Shown piece after piece: positions 58,626-64,000 of a stretch of 64,000 bases of DNA. Every line of letters starts with the position of its first letter. Positions within the stretch are counted from its first letter, which is position 1. Position numbers and translations under genes: made by a program. Source of the stretch: an uncultured Pseudomonadales bacterium (GTDB lineage Bacteria; Patescibacteriota; Microgenomatia; UBA1400; PJMF01); contig CAZWWE010000004.1 of the NCBI GenBank assembly GCA_964637295.1, positions 26,674-90,673 on the forward strand. The letters are read 5' to 3'. The notes beneath the pieces were generated by a model. It was not told the origin of the DNA, made no database searches, and saw only the letters and a program-made list of their open reading frames with translations.

Positions 58626-59933
58626 ATGGATCCAAAAATTCCTCCACATGACATTGATGCAGAAAAGTCAGTTTTGGCAGCAATTTTGATTGACAAAGAC
58701 GCCATTATTAAGGCTTCAGAAATTCTTAAGCCAGAGTCTTTTTATAGTAAAGCCCATCAAGCTATTTTTGCGGCCATGCTAGAACTTTATGACAAGCGCA
58801 TGGCAATTGACGTCATCACTCTTAAAGATCAATTGACCAAAGATAAAACAATTCGCACCGCTGGGGGAGTTTCTGGCATCAGTCAACTGTCCAACTTATT
58901 ATCCACTGCTGCCAACGTGGAGAATTATGCTTCCATGGTCAAAGAAAAGTATGTCAAAAGAGAATTAATTGCGCTTTCCAACGAAGTTGGCAATTTAGCT
59001 TTTGATGAAAGCAAAGAAGTTAACGAGATTCTTGATAGCGCTGAACAGCAGGTGATGGCCATTTCACAAACTCATGCTCGTCGTGATTTTTTACCCATTA
59101 AACAAACTTTAGTAGAAAGTTTTGATCGATTAGATGAATTGCAAAAAAGCGGGGGAGAACTGCGCGGTCTAGCCACTGGTTTTAATGATTTAGATCGTCT
59201 AACGGCTGGTTTGCAAAAATCTAATCTGGTAATTTTGGCCGCACGACCTGGCACTGGTAAAACTGCCTTTGCTGTCAACATTGCCCAATACGCCACCATT
59301 GTCGCCAAGAAAAAAGTAGGTTTTTTCTCTTTGGAAATGAGTCGAGAAGAATTAGTTGATCGTCTTTTAGTTGGCCAAGCCGACATTGATGCTTGGAAAC
59401 TCAAAACTGGTCGTTTGTCTCAAGAAGATTTTCTGAAAATTTCTGACGCGATGGGGGTTTTAGCAGAGAGCAAGCTTTTTATTGACGACACCCCAGGACT
59501 TAGTATTTATGAAATGCGTACCAAGGCGCGCCGTTTAATGATGGAGCAAAACATTGATTTGTTAATTGTTGATTATTTGCAATTAGCTCATGGTCAAAAT
59601 CGCGAAAATCGTGTTCAAGAAGTGGGAGAAATTTCTCAAGGTTTAAAAAACATTGCTCGAGAACTCAAAATTCCAGTTTTAGCTTTGGCGCAGTTGTCTC
59701 GCGCCGTTGAACAACGTGGCGAAAAAGCTCCTCAACTTTCCGATCTTCGTGAGTCTGGTTCGATTGAACAAGATGCTGATTTAGTGATGTTTTTATATCG
59801 CAAAGATGATGATTTACGAGAAGCCGTTACTTTGAAAATCGCCAAGCATCGCAATGGTAGCTTAGGGGACATCGAACTTTACTTCAGAGGTGATCGAGTC
59901 AAGTTTTTTGGAATGGAGAATCGTAAACAGTAG
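58626..59933 (+). CDS. dnaB: Replicative DNA helicase
   Basis: AARPGTGKT, DYLQL, DLRESGSIEQDAD. Confidence 0.98.
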   Translation: MDPKIPPHDIDAEKSVLAAILIDKDAIIKASEILKPESFYSKAHQAIFAAMLELYDKRMAIDVITLKDQLTKDKTIRTAGGVSGISQLSNLLSTAANVENYASMVKEKYVKRELIALSNEVGNLAFDESKEVNEILDSAEQQVMAISQTHARRDFLPIKQTLVESFDRLDELQKSGGELRGLATGFNDLDRLTAGLQKSNLVILAARPGTGKTAFAVNIAQYATIVAKKKVGFFSLEMSREELVDRLLVGQADIDAWKLKTGRLSQEDFLKISDAMGVLAESKLFIDDTPGLSIYEMRTKARRLMMEQNIDLLIVDYLQLAHGQNRENRVQEVGEISQGLKNIARELKIPVLALAQLSRAVEQRGEKAPQLSDLRESGSIEQDADLVMFLYRKDDDLREAVTLKIAKHRNGSLGDIELYFRGDRVKFFGMENRKQ

Positions 59934-60163
59934 TATTTTTGTTTCATTTTCTCTTCAGTGATCGCTTGATCAGATACATCTTTTCACGCGATCAAATGCT
60001 TCGAAAATGAAACAAAAATACATCATTTTTTCTCTTCAGTGATCGCTTGATCAGATACATCTTTTCACGCGATCAAATGCTTCGAAAATGAAACAAAAAT
60101 ACATCATTTTTTCTCTTCAGTGATCGCTTGATCAGATACATCTTTTCACGCGATCAAATGCTT
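59933..60163 (-). repeat. Hairpin repeat family A, tandem array (81-bp period, ~2.8 copies)
   Basis: Identical cores start at 59951, 60032 and 60113; first copy flanked by a perfect 19-bp IR. Confidence 0.92.
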
Positions 60164-60165
60164 TT

Positions 60166-60399
60166 TTATTTGGTGCCAATTCCAAACAGTAAATAAATTA
60201 AACCTCCGGAGAGTAATAAAAACATAGTAAAAAAGCCAAGATTGGCCTTGAGTTTTTTGCTAGAAGCACTGACATTTGGGTTGTCAACGCTAATGATGAT
60301 GATCATGGCAATGACAATCCAAATTAAACCTCGTAGTACAATTGACCACATGCTGTCGACTGCAAAAGCTTTGTGAATTAGTTCGCTAATTAAGGCCAT
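60166..60399 (-). CDS. Small membrane protein
   Basis: Two hydrophobic helices. Confidence 0.7.
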   Translation of the reverse strand: MALISELIHKAFAVDSMWSIVLRGLIWIVIAMIIIISVDNPNVSASSKKLKANLGFFTMFLLLSGGLIYLLFGIGTK

Positions 60400-60525
60400 A
60401 TCTAAATATGACTGATTTTTTATTGCTAGACAAGAGGAAATGATTGCATTTGCGTGACCAGTACATTTGCGTTGATCTATTGGAAATTTAAGGTAAAATA
60501 AGAAAGTCTTAGTGAAGAGCTCTTA

Positions 60526-60609
60526 GCCGAGATGGCGGAATTGGTAGACGCGTAGGTCTCAAAAACCTATGAAGGCAACTTCATGAGGGTTCGATTCCCT
60601 CTCCCGGCA
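60526..60609 (+). tRNA. tRNA-Leu(CAA)
   Basis: Variable arm; taggt-ct CAA aa-accta. Confidence 0.95.
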
Positions 60610-60630
60610 CCCTTTAATGATTGTGATTTT

Positions 60631-61419
60631 ATGTTACCAATTCTTTTTGAGCTGCCATTTCTTAAACTCAAATCTCTAACGCTGTTAGCTTTTTTAGCTT
60701 TCTTTTTTTCAGCTTTTGTTTTTTGGCGTAAGGGTAGAGAAGAACACTATAATTCTTTTGAAATTTTTGATGCTTTTTTATTATCTGGGCTTTTTGGTTT
60801 TATTTTAGGTCGCATTATTTTTGTTATTTTTCATTGGTCAGTTTTTAGTAGTAACGTTTTGAGTGTATTTAATATTATTAACTATCCAGGCAATGAACCC
60901 CTGGTAGTTTTGGCTGGAGCCATTTGGTTTTTATATCGTCATGCTGTCAAGGCCAAATGGGATGCGTTTGAAGTTTTAGATTTTTATGTAACTGCTATCA
61001 GCTTGGGGATGATTTTCATTTATGCTGGATTTTTCTTAGATGGCAGCTATGGAGGAACCTTTACCAATCTGCCTTGGGGTATTATCGTGCCAGGTACTTT
61101 TGAGAAAACTCATCCTGCGCAACTTTATGCCTTATTTTATTATTTATTGAGTTATATTTACTTAAGTAGAATTGAATATGTTTACCGTACGCTAGAATGG
61201 TATCGCAGTGGTAAAAAAACGGCTCAATCTGGTTTTCTTTTCAGTACTTTTTTAATTTTAACTGCTCTTTTTCATTTAATCACTGGCCCCATTCGTTTGC
61301 CTGGTATTTTGATCAATGGTATGGTCTTGGATTATTTTATTTATTTAGCGATGCTTATTTTTGGTTTAATTATTCTTTACCAAAGATCTGGTCGTTCTTT
61401 ACACATATTTAAAAAATGA
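60631..61419 (+). CDS. lgt: Prolipoprotein diacylglyceryl transferase-like
   Basis: GRI, GxxTNLPWGI, HPAQLY; ATG after the tRNA. Confidence 0.8.
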   Translation: MLPILFELPFLKLKSLTLLAFLAFFFSAFVFWRKGREEHYNSFEIFDAFLLSGLFGFILGRIIFVIFHWSVFSSNVLSVFNIINYPGNEPLVVLAGAIWFLYRHAVKAKWDAFEVLDFYVTAISLGMIFIYAGFFLDGSYGGTFTNLPWGIIVPGTFEKTHPAQLYALFYYLLSYIYLSRIEYVYRTLEWYRSGKKTAQSGFLFSTFLILTALFHLITGPIRLPGILINGMVLDYFIYLAMLIFGLIILYQRSGRSLHIFKK

Positions 61420-62270
61420 TCACGAAACTAGATATTTTATACGAAGATCAAGACTTAATCGTACTTAACAAGCCGAGTGCTTTAACAGTCAATCGTTCTT
61501 CTACGATGAAGGCACAAACCGTTCAGGATTGGTTGGTGAAAAAATTTGGCGAAGAGTATTTCACTAGAAATTTTTGGGAAAAAGATTTATCTTATCAAAA
61601 TTTAATTCCCATTGATTTTACCGATGAATTTGGCGATGTATTTGCTACTTGGCAAGAAAGATTAGGAGTAGTACATCGTTTGGATAAAGATACTAGTGGG
61701 GTGCTGATTTTAGCTAAAAATCCAGGTTCATTATTGAATTTATTAGCTCAATTTAAAAAACGCCAAACACAAAAAACTTATTTAGCCCTAGTTCACGGTC
61801 ATTTTTCAGATAAAAAAGGTGTAATTAATGCGCCAATGGCTCGTAATTCTCAGAACAGATTGAAGTTTGCAATTGATAACAATGGTCGTCAAGCCGTTAC
61901 GGAATATAAAGTTGTTAAGGAGTTTTCTGCATTAAACGAAGCGACAATCAAGCAAGTGACTGAATTGAGTAAAAGCAAAACAAAGAAAGTCAAAGAGCTT
62001 TATCAAGCGGGTTTTTCTTTGGTAGAAGTCGCTCCTAAGACTGGTCGCACTCATCAAATCAGAGTGCATATGGCTGCCATGCAGCATCCCATTGTTGGCG
62101 ACCAGCTTTATGTTGGCAGAAAACGCGCTAAATTAGATAGTTTTTGGTGCCCACGACAGTTTTTACATGCTCAATCGATTGAGTTTTTACACCCCAGAAC
62201 TCAAGAGAAGATCTTTGTTGAAGCTCCTTTGAGCGCTGATTTACAACAAATTTTAAAGCTTGTGTTGTAA
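61416..62270 (+). CDS. RluA family pseudouridine synthase
   Basis: NKPS, HRLDKDTSG, TGRTHQIRVH. Confidence 0.95.
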   Translation: MITKLDILYEDQDLIVLNKPSALTVNRSSTMKAQTVQDWLVKKFGEEYFTRNFWEKDLSYQNLIPIDFTDEFGDVFATWQERLGVVHRLDKDTSGVLILAKNPGSLLNLLAQFKKRQTQKTYLALVHGHFSDKKGVINAPMARNSQNRLKFAIDNNGRQAVTEYKVVKEFSALNEATIKQVTELSKSKTKKVKELYQAGFSLVEVAPKTGRTHQIRVHMAAMQHPIVGDQLYVGRKRAKLDSFWCPRQFLHAQSIEFLHPRTQEKIFVEAPLSADLQQILKLVL

Positions 62271-62308
62271 TTTTGACCATGATAAAATCCTTTCAATTAA
62301 AAAAGTAA

Positions 62309-62412
62309 GAGTGCGAAAAGACGTTTAGTTTTTCGTATTCCCAAGTAACAAACCTGAGTTAAATCAGGGGGACACCAAGTGAATAAGAAGAATTAAGCGT
62401 CTTTTTTTATTT
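62309..62412 (+). promoter_or_regulatory. Candidate structured 5' leader of PRTase-guaA
   Basis: Two mutually exclusive helices, inner CCTGA/TCAGG hairpin and U-tract. Confidence 0.5.
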
Positions 62413-62440
62413 AAAAAAGGATCAATAAGGAAACAAAAAC

Positions 62441-63034
62441 ATGATTTTTCAAAAAATTAGTTTTCAAAATGATAAAGCACAATATATAACTCCAAGTTGG
62501 GATCAACTTGATAGCTTAACTTTAAGTGTAGCCAAAAAAGTTAAACAATCAAAAATTAAATTTGATTTAATCATTGCTTTGGCCAAAGGAGCTTGGCCCA
62601 TGAGCCGCTCGTTTTATGACTATACTTCCATCAAAGAGTTGGCTAGTCTTGGCGTACAATTTTACAGTGGTATCAATCAAAGATTAGCCAAGCCGAATAT
62701 TTATCAAAAATTACCTACTACTATTAAGAACAAAAATATTTTGATTTTTGATGATGTTTCTGACACTGGAGATTCACTGATTTTTACCAAAGAATATTTG
62801 TTCAAACAAGGAGCGAAGGAGGTGAAAACGGCTACTTTATTTATTAAGCCTTGGTCAAAATTTATACCTGATTTTTATGGAGCTGAAACCGACGCTTGGA
62901 TTATTTTTCCTTTTGAGAAGAAGGAAATGCGTGACTTGCTTGGAGCAAGTTGGCAAAAACAGGGAGCCAACCAAAAAGAAGTTCTAAAAAGACATAAAGA
63001 AATCGGCTTGAGTCAAGAAATATTGGATTTATAA
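62441..63034 (+). CDS. Purine-type phosphoribosyltransferase
   Basis: ILIFDDVSDTGDS PRPP loop, WIIFPFE. Confidence 0.9.
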   Translation: MIFQKISFQNDKAQYITPSWDQLDSLTLSVAKKVKQSKIKFDLIIALAKGAWPMSRSFYDYTSIKELASLGVQFYSGINQRLAKPNIYQKLPTTIKNKNILIFDDVSDTGDSLIFTKEYLFKQGAKEVKTATLFIKPWSKFIPDFYGAETDAWIIFPFEKKEMRDLLGASWQKQGANQKEVLKRHKEIGLSQEILDL

Positions 63035-63045
63035 CTTTGATCAAT

Positions 63046-64000
63046 ATGAAACCTGAAAAAATAGTTATTTTAGATGCTGGCGGTCAATACGCCAAAGTGA
63101 TTGATCGAAAAGTCAGAGAGCTGGGCGTTGAATCTGATTTGTTACCGCTAAATACTTCTGTCACAAAATTACAAGACTATGCAGCAATTATTATTTCTGG
63201 TGGCCCACAAAGTGTTTATGGAATTTCAGCTCCAAAATATGATCATAAATTGTTAGAGCTTGATAAGCCAATTTTGGGCATTTGTTATGGTATGCAGTTG
63301 TTGGCTTATGCTGAAGGAGGCAAAGTAAATAAAAAGCAGCGAAGAGAAGACGGACCTTGTTTGATCAGTGTTGATCCACAATCTTTATTATTTGCCGGAT
63401 TAAATGAAACACAAACGGTTTTAATGTCTCACGGCGACAGTGTTTCTCATTTGCCAAAAAAATACGAGCAAATAGCTCAGTCTGGAAATTTAATCGCAGC
63501 GATTGCCAATTCATCTGCTAAAAAATATGGGGTTCAATTTCATCCCGAAGTTGATTTGACTGAAAATGGTCAAAAAATGCTAAGTAATTTTTTATTTAAG
63601 ATCGTTCAGCTAAAAGCAAGCTTTACTCTAGAAGATAGAGAAAAAAAAGCGATTGCCTATATCAAGAGTGCAATTGGTGACAAGCAGGTCTTGCTTTTGG
63701 CGAGTGGAGGAGTGGACTCAACTGTCTGTGCCGCTTTACTACAAAAAGCTCTAAAACCTGAACAAATTATTGCTTTACACGTTGACAGCGGTTTTATGAG
63801 GCAAGATGAAAGTCAGGCAGTTAAAATTGCTTTGGCAAAAATTGGTATAAATCTCACCGTTATCGATGCTAAACAAGATTTTTTTGCAGCTAAAACAAAA
63901 ATTGCTGGTCAGGAAATTGGCCCACTCGCAAAAATCACTGATCCCCAAGTTAAAAGAAAAATTATTGGAGATACCTTTATTAAGGTAACGGAAAACTATT
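63046..64000 (+). CDS. guaA: GMP synthase (3' truncated; absent from ORF track)
   Basis: ILDAGGQY, SGGP, GICYGMQ, MSHGD, QFHPE, SGGVDS. Confidence 0.96.
   Translation, partial: MKPEKIVILDAGGQYAKVIDRKVRELGVESDLLPLNTSVTKLQDYAAIIISGGPQSVYGISAPKYDHKLLELDKPILGICYGMQLLAYAEGGKVNKKQRREDGPCLISVDPQSLLFAGLNETQTVLMSHGDSVSHLPKKYEQIAQSGNLIAAIANSSAKKYGVQFHPEVDLTENGQKMLSNFLFKIVQLKASFTLEDREKKAIAYIKSAIGDKQVLLLASGGVDSTVCAALLQKALKPEQIIALHVDSGFMRQDESQAVKIALAKIGINLTVIDAKQDFFAAKTKIAGQEIGPLAKITDPQVKRKIIGDTFIKVTENY

Noticed and set aside
302-59404. Many 60-170 aa antisense or out-of-frame ORFs in the track (e.g. 2638-3036, 29120-29632, 35294-35656, 59072-59404)
   Set aside because: Nested in well-supported genes, with no motifs
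59933-60163. CRISPR array
   Set aside because: Units are identical over the full 81-bp period with no unique spacers, and no cas genes are in the window
62345-62380. c-di-GMP-I (GEMM) riboswitch
   Set aside because: Only a loose CAAACC...GGGAC resemblance; the GNRA loop and second hairpin are missing
1-64000. Alternative genetic code (UGA recoding as in Gracilibacteria)
   Set aside because: Conserved genes translate full length under code 11 and TGA ends several ORFs

Overview
AT-rich bacterial chromosome segment, standard code 11, made mostly of housekeeping genes. Gene content and style suggest a Patescibacteria/CPR genome, probably Microgenomates (inference). It carries translation genes (thrS, rplA, rplK, nusG, secE, rpmG, rpmB, rpmE, rpsF-ssb-rpsR, fmt, def, cysS, hisS, prfA, ychF, tgt), six tRNAs, an mre/pbp2 cluster, dprA-topA, a long NAD/thymidylate/folate cluster, recR, radC, dnaB, lgt, rluA and guaA. 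Accessory content is two BrnT/BrnA-like TA pairs plus an antitoxin remnant. The most notable signals are: (1) an unannotated His-His-His leader peptide with a complete 1:2/2:3/3:4 attenuator upstream of hisS; (2) two families of dispersed hairpin elements with conserved cores and different terminal stems, one copy lying between the SD and AUG of rplK; (3) an HTH+LAGLIDADG-like gene that contains the promoter of tRNA-Trp and overlaps its 5' end; (4) a divergent ThyA missing several phosphate-binding arginines, clustered with a nucleotidyltransferase, an extended dCMP deaminase, an HD protein and an HxHxQ HIT protein; (5) a switch-like leader before PRTase-guaA; (6) widespread leaderless promoters. 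All calls were made by eye, with no database searches.
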